Below, piece by piece: positions 35,670-46,017 of a stretch of 64,000 nt of DNA. Position numbers and translations under genes: made by a program. Source of the stretch: Alphaproteobacteria bacterium (GTDB lineage Bacteria; Pseudomonadota; Alphaproteobacteria; JAAXGF01); assembly GCA_963555825.3 (NCBI GenBank), contig CAUVXB020000002.1, forward strand, positions 3,296,001 to 3,360,000, in the 5' to 3' direction. The notes below the pieces were generated by a model, which made no database searches, was not told where the DNA came from, and saw only the letters and a program-made list of their open reading frames with translations. Positions within the stretch are counted from its first letter, which is position 1. Every line of letters begins with the position of its first letter.

Positions 35670-35855
35670 ATAGTAAGTGACCTCGCTGATCCCCAACTGC
35701 CGGATCGCATCCGCCATCGACATGCCCTGGCCGTGCAGAACCTCCGCCTGCCGCAGCAGGCTGACGATCTCCTCCGGCTTGTAACGCTTCCTTGCCATCG
35801 TTGATCCTCCTCATTCCCAAACCCAAGGATGGACCAATTCGATGGGGGAGGATCA
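35670..35855 (-). mobile_element. IS3 (IS407-like) left-end remnant with 5' orfA
   Basis: IR TGATCCTCCCCC and MARKRYKPEEIVSLLRQAEV...RQLGISEVTYY. Confidence 0.8.
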
Positions 35856-36229
35856 CCAGGAACCTGCGCCGTGCCCGTCTTCACCGGAGCCTCGACCTTG
35901 CCCTTGATGATTGCGACTGTCGGCTATTTCATGATCTTTACCACGCTGATCGCGCTGGTGCTCATCACAGCGGCATCGCCAGGCTGGAGCCAGCGCGGTC
36001 CGGTTCGCCGTGCAAGAAGGGGCGATGGGCCCGCCCTAGCAAAGCAGCGAGCGTCGCACCGCCGAGACCGAAGGGATCAGCGGGTACCGCCGAACCCGGC
36101 CGAGAGGTCCTCGCGCGCGATGACGCCGCCCATGTAGTTTCGACTCCCTTCAACGTAAAAACTCTCCACTTGGCATGCGGATTCATACGCGCTAGTGCAC
36201 CCGCATATCGCGAGGGTGCAGATCGGCGA

Positions 36230-36913
36230 TTAGCGGCAGAACGGCCAGACTTGATACCAGGAGTCGCACCGAAAGCTGGATTCACAGCGCACAAGCTGCG
36301 CTCTATAACGATCCGAGGTCGCAGCGACCCGCCGGGCGGCACGCTGCACCTTCGGCTTGTCCCTCCAGGTGCCCCGCCGATATCCGCCCTGCCCTTCGTG
36401 GTAGGCGAGGTAGAGGCGCTGCGCGTCGGTGAGGGGTATGCCGAGCTGACGTCTGGTTCGGTGGTTGTACCAGCCGATGAAGTCCAGGGCATCTTCCATG
36501 TCGCCGCGGCTGCGGAACAGACGTCCCCGTTCCGCTTGGTATTCGTTCCAGACCGGATCCTGTGCCTGCGCATAGCCCTTGGCAGAAGACGGACGGCCGA
36601 GCGGTATGAACCAGAGCCATTGGCGCGGCGGCCGGGCGTCGCCCCGATAACTCGATTCGTGGCGCACGAACGACATCTGCACGTGGATCGGTGTTCCCCA
36701 GCGGCTTGCGGACTTCCGGGCATAGTCATACCAGTCGGGGTACTGCCGGAACACCTCGCAGATATCCGCCTGTCGTGTCGGCGGCGATGCGGTGCCACAG
36801 CCGGCGAGCGGTATCAATGCGGCCAACAACACGGCCGCGACCAATTTGGGGGAATCGCAGACCGCTGTCCGCAAGTCGGACAGCCGGAAAGACAAGCGCA
36901 CTGGCTGCTGCAT
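36230..36913 (-). CDS. Lytic transglycosylase (SLT-domain) lipoprotein
   Basis: Lipobox LAGC, catalytic HESS, SSAKGYAQA, LYLAYHEG. Confidence 0.85.
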   Translation of the reverse strand: MQQPVRLSFRLSDLRTAVCDSPKLVAAVLLAALIPLAGCGTASPPTRQADICEVFRQYPDWYDYARKSASRWGTPIHVQMSFVRHESSYRGDARPPRQWLWFIPLGRPSSAKGYAQAQDPVWNEYQAERGRLFRSRGDMEDALDFIGWYNHRTRRQLGIPLTDAQRLYLAYHEGQGGYRRGTWRDKPKVQRAARRVAATSDRYRAQLVRCESSFRCDSWYQVWPFCR

Positions 36914-36992
36914 GCGGTCCTCTTACTGATTTCCTCCGCCTCAGATTCCTCCTCGGGGCCCGGGCGATCGCCCACACCGGCCAATCACAACA

Positions 36993-38141
36993 TTATTCTA
37001 TATTGGTGACGCGTGCATTGACTGAATCCCGCGCCAGATGCGCATACCGGGCGGTGGTCCGGATCTGGCTGTGCCCGAGCAGCTTGGCGATCACGGGCAG
37101 GCTCTCGCCCAGCGCCAGCGCCCTCGACGCGAAGGAATGCCGGCAGTCGTGAATCCTGACGTTCTCGACCCCCGCGCGCTCCCGCACGATCCGCCACGGG
37201 TCGTCCAGGTTGGTCATGTGCGTGTCCGGCTTCTGGCCGGGGATTACCCAGGGGTTGCCCGGAACCCGGGGCAGTTCCGCCAGCACCTTCGCCGCCGGCG
37301 GCGACAGCGGCACCGCGCGCGGGCCCGTCTTGCTTTCGCGGAGCCTAAATTCGCCGGCCTCGAGGTCGATGTCAGTCCATTGCAGGGACAGGATCTCGCT
37401 CTTGCGGCAGCCGGTCAGCATCAGCAGCCGGATCGCCGCCACGGCATGGACCGACACCCCGCCCTCGGTGGGGGCCTCGCCGAGAACCTCGCCGAAGCGG
37501 CGGAACTCGGTGTCGGTCAGGAACCGCTCGCGCCCGCGCGCCGGGTACTTGCGCACCGACCGGCAAGGGTTGGTGCCGTCGGGGACCATCTCCCAGTCCG
37601 CGGCCATCGCATACATGCGCGACATCAGCGCCACCGCCCGGTTCGCCGCGTAGGGAACCCCGTTCAGCCGGACGTGGAACGCCGCCACCCGCTCGCGCTC
37701 CACCGCGAGCAGCGGGAGTTTGCCGAACTCCGGCACGATGTACTTGCCGAGCAGCCCCCGGATGCCCTCCGCCGTGGACTGCTTGCAGCGCACCGCGACA
37801 TGCTTCTCCATGTAGCGCGCCGCCAAGCCGGCCACCGTCGGCCCGCCCGCGAGCCGGGCCGGCAGCGGTTCCGGTATCGGGTCTTCGCCCGCCTTGATCC
37901 GGTTGACGATCCGCGCCGCCCGGCGCCGCGCCTCGTCGGCGGAGATCACCCCGTGCCGGCCCACCGTCACCCGCACCGACTTTCCTTTCGTCCGGCTTTG
38001 CACGACGTACATCTTCGTGCCCGAGGCGTAGACCCTGATGCCGAACCCCGGCAGGTCCCGATCCCAGAACACCGTGTCCTTCTCGACCTTGAGCGCCTCG
38101 ACGGTGCGCCGGGAGATCGAACGCCGATTCAGCTTGGCCAT
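36993..38141 (-). CDS. Tyrosine recombinase with N-terminal arm-binding domain
   Basis: FWDRDLPGFGIRV, TGCRKSE, SKTG, HDCRH, LLGH, TTARY. The extreme C-terminus appears clipped relative to its paralog. Confidence 0.92.
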   Translation of the reverse strand: MAKLNRRSISRRTVEALKVEKDTVFWDRDLPGFGIRVYASGTKMYVVQSRTKGKSVRVTVGRHGVISADEARRRAARIVNRIKAGEDPIPEPLPARLAGGPTVAGLAARYMEKHVAVRCKQSTAEGIRGLLGKYIVPEFGKLPLLAVERERVAAFHVRLNGVPYAANRAVALMSRMYAMAADWEMVPDGTNPCRSVRKYPARGRERFLTDTEFRRFGEVLGEAPTEGGVSVHAVAAIRLLMLTGCRKSEILSLQWTDIDLEAGEFRLRESKTGPRAVPLSPPAAKVLAELPRVPGNPWVIPGQKPDTHMTNLDDPWRIVRERAGVENVRIHDCRHSFASRALALGESLPVIAKLLGHSQIRTTARYAHLARDSVNARVTNIE

Positions 38142-39328
38142 TACGCCGCCTCCGCGCCGTCCGCCGGCAGGATGTCGGCGCCGATGCTGCCGGCCACTTT
38201 GGCCGCCGAGGCCTTCTCGGTGTCGCGCGCGAGATGCGCATAGCGCGCGGTGGTCTCGATCCTGTTGTGGCCTAACAGCTTCCCGATCATGCTCAGGCTC
38301 TCGCCGAGCGCCAGCGCACGGCTCGCCCAGGAATGCCGCAGGTCATGGATGCGCACGTCGTCCAGCCTGGCCCGGGCACGTACGATCAGCCACGGATCGT
38401 TGACGTTGGTCATGCGCGCGCCCGGCTTCTGCCCGGCGATCACCCACGGGTTGTCCGGAACCCGGGGAATATCTTCCAGCACGCCGGCCACGGCGGGTGT
38501 CAGCGGCACCATGCGCGCGCCGGTCTTGCCGTCGCGCAGCCGTAGCTCCCCCACCGTCCGGTCGATGTCGTCCCACCTGAGCTCCAGCACCTCGTTGCGC
38601 CGGCACCCGGTCAGCACCAGCAGCCGGATCGCCGCCGCCGCATGGAGCGACACCGTCCGCTTCGCCTCCAGCTCATCGACCGCCCGGCCGAGCCGGCAAT
38701 ACTCCTCGTCGGTCAGGAACCGCTCACGCGGGTGCGTCCGGTACTTGCGCACCGCCCGGCATGGGTTCGGCCCGTGCTCCCGCAGGCCCCATTCGACGGC
38801 CAGCGACAGCACCTTGGCCACGATCTTCAGCACCGCGTTCGCCGCATGGGGCGCGCCGCGCATCGCGTAATGCAGTTCCATCACCTGCTCGCGCCCGACC
38901 TCGCCCACAGGCATCCCGCCCAGCGCCGGCAGGATGTGGTTGTCGAGCGCCCGCCGGTAGACCTCCGCGCTCGACGCCCTGCAGTGCGAGGGCACGTAGT
39001 CGCGCATGTAGCGCTCGGCGAGAACGGCCATCGTCGGCTCGGGCTCCGGCGGAGGGGGTATCGGGTCCTCGCCCCGCTTGATGCGGTCGATGGCCTCCGC
39101 CGCCTGGCGCCGCGCCTCGTCGGCGGTGAGTTTCCCGTGCCGTCCAAGCGTCGCCCTCTTCGACCCGCCGGGGCCGCGCGACTGGACGACGTATTTCTTT
39201 AGGCCAGAGGGATAGACCCTGATGCCGAAGCCGGGGAGGTCCCGGTCCCAGAACACGGCGTCGCGATGCTCGACCGACAACGCGTCGACGGTGCGTTTGG
39301 TGATAACCCGTTCCTGGCGTCTCGGCAT
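38141..39328 (-). CDS. Tyrosine recombinase with N-terminal arm-binding domain
   Basis: Same architecture with all catalytic residues (R, K, HxxR, H, Y). Its stop overlaps the next start (TAATG). Confidence 0.92.
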   Translation of the reverse strand: MPRRQERVITKRTVDALSVEHRDAVFWDRDLPGFGIRVYPSGLKKYVVQSRGPGGSKRATLGRHGKLTADEARRQAAEAIDRIKRGEDPIPPPPEPEPTMAVLAERYMRDYVPSHCRASSAEVYRRALDNHILPALGGMPVGEVGREQVMELHYAMRGAPHAANAVLKIVAKVLSLAVEWGLREHGPNPCRAVRKYRTHPRERFLTDEEYCRLGRAVDELEAKRTVSLHAAAAIRLLVLTGCRRNEVLELRWDDIDRTVGELRLRDGKTGARMVPLTPAVAGVLEDIPRVPDNPWVIAGQKPGARMTNVNDPWLIVRARARLDDVRIHDLRHSWASRALALGESLSMIGKLLGHNRIETTARYAHLARDTEKASAAKVAGSIGADILPADGAEAA

Positions 39329-39536
39329 GGCGTTTCCGGCTATTCTCGTTCTGCCGCCCGGACGATCCGTAAGCACTATGCAAGCGACCGCCCTCAAACC
39401 GGGGCGCATCATGGCGCGTCCCTGACAGGGACGCAAGCGGGAAATGGCAGCGAAAATCTTCTAGAAACATAGGAGAACCGCTACTTTATCGCACTCCTGC
39501 GCATCTCTGCGCAGCCGTGGCGATGCGGGAGAATTA

Positions 39537-40397
39537 ATGCATCATGATATAAAGGGCTTCGGTGTCCGCGTCCGTCCCTCGGGACGCAAGACCTATATCG
39601 TCAAGTACCGCGACCGCGGGCGGGCCGTGAAAGTTACCATCGGGCCGCACGGAGCGATCTCACCGGCCGCCGCCAGGGCCAGGGCCGCCGAGATCGTCAC
39701 CGCCGCCAGGACCGGCAAGGACCTGTCGGGGCGCGACCTGCGGGACGCCAAGGCGCCGACCGTCGCCGAACTGGGGCGGCGCTTTCTCGACGAATACGTG
39801 ACCGACCACTGCAAGCCCAATACGAAGCGGCAATACCGCAAGATGGTCGAGGGCTACATCCTGCCCCGGCTGGGCACGCGCCGGGTACCGGACGTCCAGC
39901 GCATCGATGTGGTGTCCCTGCACCACGACATGCGTGCGACCCCGACGAACGCCAACCGGATGCTGGCGACGCTGTCGCGCATGTTCGCAGTGGCGGAACT
40001 CTGGCAGATGCGCCCGGACGCCTCCAACCCGTGCCGGAACATCAAGCATTTCCGGGAAGAGCGGCGCGAGCGGTTTCTCTCGGACGAGGAATACCGCCGC
40101 CTGGGCGAGGTGCTGAGGGAGGTCGAGCGGGAGGGATCGGAACGGCCGTCGGCCATTGCTGCGATCCGCCTGCTGATGCTGACGGGATGCCGGAAGGCAG
40201 AGATCCTGACACTGCGATGGGAATACGTCGATCTGGACCGGGGCGAATTGCGCCTGCCGGACAGCAAGACCGGGGCCAAGATCGTCCATCTGGGCGACCC
40301 GGCGATCGCGGTGCTGCAGGGCCTGGCGCGCGAGGACGGCAATTCGTGGGTGATAACGAGCCCGAAGCCCGGAGAGGCGCTGAGCGACGTCTACGAC
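39537..40397 (+). pseudogene. Third, divergent tyrosine recombinase; N-terminus clipped, C-terminus cut by IS21
   Basis: DIKGFGVRV, TGCRKAE, DSKTG. Lacks HxxR and the catalytic Y. Confidence 0.88.
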
Positions 40398-43383
40398 TGA
40401 GAACGGCAGAGCAATAATCCCCCACTGAAGCGGCCGGTCGATCCGGCTGCGGCGGACCAAAATGGGACCGCGTATAGCCTTCTGTCAGGGTTGCTCTGAC
40501 TGGAAGGCGGGGGGGATGTATCGGGTGGAGTTGTACGCACGGGTTCGGCGGGCGTGTCATGTCGAGGGGATGAGCACCCGCGAGGCCTCGCGGGTGTTTG
40601 GTGTAGACCGCAAGACGGTCCGTAAGATGCTGTCGTTCTCGGTGCCGCCAGGGTATCGCCGAAGCGCGCCGCCGAGGCGGCCAAAGCTGGGTCCGTTCAC
40701 GGGAATCATCGATCGGATCTTGGAAGACGATCGGACCAGCCACCGCAAGCAACGGCACACTGCGAAGCGCATCTTCGACCGCCTCCGGGACGAGTACGGT
40801 TTCACGGGCGGCTACACCATCGTGAAGGACTACGTTCGTGAGCAGGGGCTTCGGTCGCGTGAGGTGTTCGTGCCACTCTCCCATTCCCCCGGTCACGCCC
40901 AGGCGGACTTCGGCGAAGCGATGGCGGTGATCGGCGGCGCGTTGGGAAGCGGCAGCGAACGCGCGACGGAGATCCACTATCTCGAGGACAGGTTCGGCCG
41001 GACCGGGCAAGGGCAACGACAAGGGCAAGGTCGAGGGACTGATGCTTCATCCGGCGGAACTTCCTGGTCCCCTTTCAACGATGCTCTGCGAACAGTGCCT
41101 AGGCGGCGCGGCTGCGGGGGATGACGAGGCTGAGCCTCAAGCATTTCTGCGATGGCACAGTTTCCGGTATCGATGAACACGCTATTTATGCGGCACTGGA
41201 GTTGACAAGAACAGCGATCCAGGCTCCGGGGCGGGCAATCCGAGCTTGCATCCGATCAAGGGCGGCGACGCTGAAGGACTGATGGCCAAGCTGGACGCGT
41301 GGTCAAGGTGACGGGTCGAACGCCGAGATAACGCTGTCTACGACGGCTTCCTCGAGCAGCGCGGCATCGAGTGTCTGGTCATGGAGCCGGCCAGCTTGCG
41401 GGTCAACCGCCGGGCGCGGCGTTTGCCTTCTTCGGCGGCGTCCCCCGATCCATCCTGTACGACAACACCAAGCTGGCGGTTGCCCGGATCCTGGGCGATG
41501 GGAAGCGGCAGCGAACGCGCGTCTTCACGGAGCTTCAGTCCCACTACGCTGCTGTTCGAGGACAGGTTCGGCCGGCCGGGCAAGGGCAACGACAAGGGCA
41601 AGGTCGAGGGACTGGTCGGCTTCATCCGGCGGAACTTCCTGGTCCCCGTCCCGCGTGCCGAGAGCTTCGCGGCCCTCAACGATGCTCTCGCCGCGAAGGT
41701 GCCGTCCACGGCGATTCTGTGATGGTCCATGTATACAGCAGTGCCGCCGGCGCCAGGCGGCGCGGCTGCGGGGCCACAAGGAGACCATCGGCGAGCGTCT
41801 CGAGCGGGATCGTCAAGTTCTCTTGCCATTGCCGCCTGCTCCCTATGATGCCTGCGATAAGCGCCCTGGACGGGCGAGTTCGCTGTCGCTGGTGCGTTAC
41901 CGCAGCAACGACTATTCCGTGCCCGTGGCCTACGGCCACCGTGAGGTGCTCATCCGGGGCTACGTCGATGAGGTGGTGATCAGCTGCGGGGCCGAGGTGA
42001 TCGCCCGGCACCGCCGGTCCTACGACAGCGAGGACCTGATCTTCGACCCGCTGCATTACCTGCCCTTGATCGAGCAGAAGATCGGCGCCCTCGACCAGGC
42101 CGCGCCATTGGCGGGCTGGGACCTGCCCGAGGCCTTCATCACTCTGCGGCGGCTCCTCGAAGCTCGTATGGGCAAGGCAGGCAAGCGCGAGTACGTCCAG
42201 GTGCTCCGTCTACTGGAGACCTTCCGGCTCGAGGAGGTCGAGGGTGCGGTCGGCGACGCCCTGCGGCTCGGCGCAATCGGCTTTGATGCGGTGAAGCACC
42301 TGGTACTGTGCCGCATCGAGCGGCGGCCGCCCAGGCTCAACCTCGACGTCTATCCGTATCTGCCGCGCGCCCGGGTCGCGATGACGTCCGCCAAGTCGTA
42401 CATGAGCCTGCTGTCGGGGCTCGGCGCATGACCGACACACCGCAAGTGCTGCTCGCCCACCACCTCAAGACGCTGAAGCTGCCGACCTTCCTGCGCGAGT
42501 ACGACAAGATCGCCCGGCAGTGCGCCTCGGAAGGCGTCGATCACGTCCGCTACCTGTTGAGACTCGCCGAGCTCGAGCTGATCGACCGCGAGCGCCGCAT
42601 GGTCGAGCGGCGCATCAAGGCGGCGCGCTTCCCCGTGGTCAAGAGCCTCGACAGCTTCGACTTCAAGGTCATCCCCTCGCTCAACAAGGCGCTGGTCCTG
42701 GAGCTGGCCCGCTGCGAGTACATCGAGCGCCGCGAGAACCTCATCGCGCTCGGCAACAGTGGGACCGGCAAGACCCACATCGCCCTCGGTCTCGGCCTGG
42801 CGGCCTGCCAGAAGGGCCTCTCGGTCGGCTTCATCACCGCCGCCGCGCTGGTCCACGAACTCATCGAGGCCCGCGATGACAAGCAGCTGCTGAGGTTCCA
42901 GAAGAAGCTCGCCACCTACAAGCTTCTGATCGTCGACGAACTCGGCTTCGTGCCGCTGTCGAAGACCGGCGCCGAGCTGTTGTTCGAGGTGTTCAGCCAA
43001 CGCTACGAGCGGGGCTCGACCCTGGTCACCACCAATCTGCCCTTCGACGAATGGACCGAGGTGTTCGGCTCCGAGCGCCTCACCGGCGCGCTCCTCGATC
43101 GCCTCACCCACCACGTCAACATCCTCGAGATGAACGGTGACAGCTACAGGCTCAACCAGAGCCGCAGGCGTCAAACCCCGACTGCTAACTGAACCGACCA
43201 CCCAGCCCACGCTTGACCCCGTGGGCCCACAGGTCCCTCCCGCGCGCGCCGCCGCGTCAGCCTGTTGAGGGCACGCCGCGTCGCGCGCGGGGCCCTCCCG
43301 TGGACTACGGGGACAAGCCCGCAGCCGCCAAGCGGTCCCTTCTTACACCGCCGAGGTGGTCCCTTTTTGCTCCGCCATTGACA
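40398..43383 (+). mobile_element. IS21-family element copy E with garbled istA (istB 42428-43192 intact)
   Basis: Same ends as copies A and C. 40940-41740 is micro-deleted, partly duplicated and mixed with foreign sequence. Confidence 0.9.
41120..41420 (+). pseudogene. Degraded IS110-family (DEDD) transposase 5' fragment
   Basis: AIYAALEL...IKGGDAEGLMAKLD...[28 protein letters not shown]. Confidence 0.65.
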
Positions 43384-43424
43384 TCCCTGGCCTCGCTTGT
43401 CCCTGATCCTTGGCCAGGCCCGTT

Positions 43425-43712
43425 TCACGACCCATTCCCGTCATTCACGGCATCCTTGAGGGCCTTGCCTGGCTTGAATGCCGGCGCCGTCGACGCCTGT
43501 ATTTCCAGGCTCTCGCCTGTCCGCGGATTGCGCCCGGTACGGGCGGGCCGGCTCTTCGTCGTGAACGTCCCGAATCCGACGATCCGCACTTCTTCGCCAT
43601 TTGCCAGGCTCTCGCTCACCGCCTCGAAGACGGCGTCTACCGCATCCCCGGCCGCTGACTGGTTCATTCCAATCCGATCTGCCACGCGGCCGACGATTTC
43701 CGACTTGTTCAT
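43425..43712 (-). CDS. HU-family DNA-binding protein
   Basis: MNKSEI...GFGTF...RTGRNPRTGE...FKPGKALKDAVN. Confidence 0.93.
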   Translation of the reverse strand: MNKSEIVGRVADRIGMNQSAAGDAVDAVFEAVSESLANGEEVRIVGFGTFTTKSRPARTGRNPRTGESLEIQASTAPAFKPGKALKDAVNDGNGS

Positions 43713-43864
43713 CCATGCGCTCCCGTTCTCGCTGAAATCCTGCGCTGTGCGGCGTGAGTATCACGTTGCGCCGTTCGGCGCGATATTCCGCAATCCAAAT
43801 CCTGTGCCGGATCATGCGCGCGCTGCCGCGCAACGCCCCGCTTCTGTACATTCGAGGAACCCGG

Positions 43865-44276
43865 TTACCGGCGACGCTGCTTCGCGGCGGCCACCACGCC
43901 GTCTACCTGGGCGCGCGACAGGCGAAACTCCCGGGCGATCGCCGCCGGCTTGAGGCCGGCTTCGAACGCCGCGAGGATCAGCCGCTCCTGGCCGGGCGTC
44001 ACCGGAGCGGGCTTTCCGCGCGTTCCCCCTCCAGCCGTCTTGCCGTCCAGCCTGCCGCGCCTGCGCGCCTCTGCGCCGGCCGGCCGCCTCCAGCAGCCGG
44101 TCCAGCTGAGCGTCGTCGAGATAGCGTAGCGAACGGCCCAGGTCGGCGGGCAGGGCAAGCGAGCCCGGCCGGTTACCGCCGGCTAAGGCATCCGAAACGT
44201 TTCCAGCCGACCGGTCCACACCGTACTTTGCCGGTTCGTCGCCGGACCGCCCGGATCTCCCCTTACGTTGCACCAT
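43865..44276 (-). pseudogene. Small HTH-like protein with frameshift
   Basis: LPADLGRSLRYLDDAQLDRLLEAA, then after a frameshift VTPGQERLILAAFEAGLKPAAIAREFRLSRAQV. Confidence 0.6.
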
Positions 44277-44378
44277 CCCCGTCGTCCATCCGATCGGCGG
44301 TGAAGCCGTCCCGCGCCGGCCCGGCGGGTTGCAACTGCCGGCGCGCCGCTCCGCCCATTACAGCGCAAAACTCCCGAT

Positions 44379-44786
44379 GGTGCTGTCACGGTAACTGGCT
44401 GGTGTCAGCTGCGGGTGGCGAGTAGCTTCCTGTTATGAACAAGATCAGCTACCGCCGACATCGGTTTCCTGCAGAGATAATCCAGCGCGCCGTCTGGCTG
44501 TGTTTCCGGTTTCCGCTCAGTTACCGCGATGTGGAGGATCTGCTCGCTGAACGTGGTGTCGATGTTTCTTACGAGACGATACGGCGCTGGGCTTTAAAGT
44601 TTGGGCAGGCCTATGCCCGAAAACTGAGACAATCACGCCCTCGACCAGACGACCGGTGGCACCTTGATGAGGTGTTTTCCTCCATCAACGGAAAACGGAT
44701 GTATCTATGGCGGGCGGTGGACAGCGAGGGTGAGGTGCTGGATATCCTGGTTCAGTCCCGGAGGAACAAGAAAGCAGCACTCAAGC
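44379..44786 (+). mobile_element. IS6-family element, 5' half (same as 15774 copy)
   Basis: Left IR GGTGCTGTCAC. ORF identical to the 15774 copy up to NKKAALK. Confidence 0.9.
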
Positions 44787-44918
44787 GGCTTTGTCAAGTT
44801 AATCGGATTCACTCCGAAATCTCCGTAAATTGTCGATGGCTACTTTACGCAATTTCAATGGCTTAGTCTCGTGGAGAAATGCCGAAAACAGCCTGTAATC
44901 AGTTAACTTGACAATGCT
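44787..44918. mobile_element. IS6-type MITE (about 132 bp)
   Basis: GGCTTTGTCAAGTTAA ... TTAACTTGACAATGC, resembling the IS6 IR at 16508-16523. No ORF. Confidence 0.7.
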
Positions 44919-44919
44919 G

Positions 44920-45290
44920 ATGGCACGGCTACTTCGGCTTCTGCGAAACACCGTCCACGCTTCGAAGCCTTGACCAGTGGGTGCGGCGGCGGCTTCGTGC
45001 CGTCGTTTGGCAGCAATGGCGACGCGGGCCGAAGCGCTATGCGGAACTCCGCAGACGCGACGTCGGCCATGTGCTGGCCGCGCAGACCGCCGGGAGTGCC
45101 TGTGGCCCCTGGCGCCTGAGCAACAGCCCCGCGCTGTCCATCGCCATGTCAAACGCCTTCTTCAGCCAACTCGGTCTGCCGTCCCTCGTCCCCCAACCGA
45201 CCGCTTAATCCGCCGAACCGCCGTGGTACGTGACCCGTATGCCCGGTGGTGTGGGAGGGGTGGCGCCGTGAGGCGCCCCCCTATCCCGAT
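44920..45290 (+). mobile_element. Group II intron (class C-like) 3' remnant: maturase tail plus domains V and VI
   Basis: WHGYFGF...LDQWVRRRLR...GPWRLSNSPAL, DV gaaccgccg...cggtggtgtgggagg, 3' end cctatcccgat. Confidence 0.88.
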
Positions 45291-46017
45291 CCATCACTTC
45301 TTCTCTCGTCAAGATGGCGATCGCGCGCCGCAGTCGCCTGACTCGCGCCTACTCGGCCGCCTGTCGGTACAACCTTTGAAAACGAACGTTGCCCTGCATT
45401 TCGTCGTCCGCCTCCCCCATCTCATCAAGAATTTCGCGAAGTGTGTATCGGTATTGCGGAGCAATCCCTTCGGGACCAATGACCCTGCTGAGGATCTCGA
45501 GTGTCGGTCCAGGGCGCGACGTCGCCTGTCCGCTCTCGCGAAGGCGAAACAAGTTCGTGTCGATGGGCTGCAGGTAGTCGAGGGCCCAGTCGGTGGCGTC
45601 GGGAAATGCGTCCCCGCACTCCGCAAGCAGGTCCACCATCGCCGTCGCTGTTCCCGGAGTGTTTCGGTCAGCTCGCGCAGGCCAGTACGCCCGAAGCCAC
45701 CGACCCACCTTCTCCCTCCAGACTTCCGCCCGCTCCGCGGCTTCGCCCTTCAGCCGCTCCTGCAGGCTGGCGAGAACCGTCGTCAAAGCGGCTTCCGACA
45801 TCACTCCCACTACAACGTGAACTTCTTCACCGGTCAGTTCGCCGGGAGCCTCAAGGCAGATCGTCATGAACAACAGAGTGAGATTGCGTTCGGTGCGGGC
45901 ATTCAGATTGCCCGCTCGGAAAAGGTCGATGAAGGCTTGCTTGAGAGCGAGGAGTAGGTCAGGTCCGATGGTCCGCGACCAGCCGTATGCGTACCAGAGA
46001 TTGTTCGCTTCCTCTGA

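Noticed and set aside
36980-37015. AT-rich stretch as a dif/Xer site
   Set aside because: It does not fit the XerC/XerD 11-6-11 consensus, and is more likely the promoter of the transglycosylase gene.
44920-45290. Retron or DGR reverse transcriptase system
   Set aside because: Only a maturase tail and DV/DVI of a group II intron remain. There is no RT core and no TR/VR pair.
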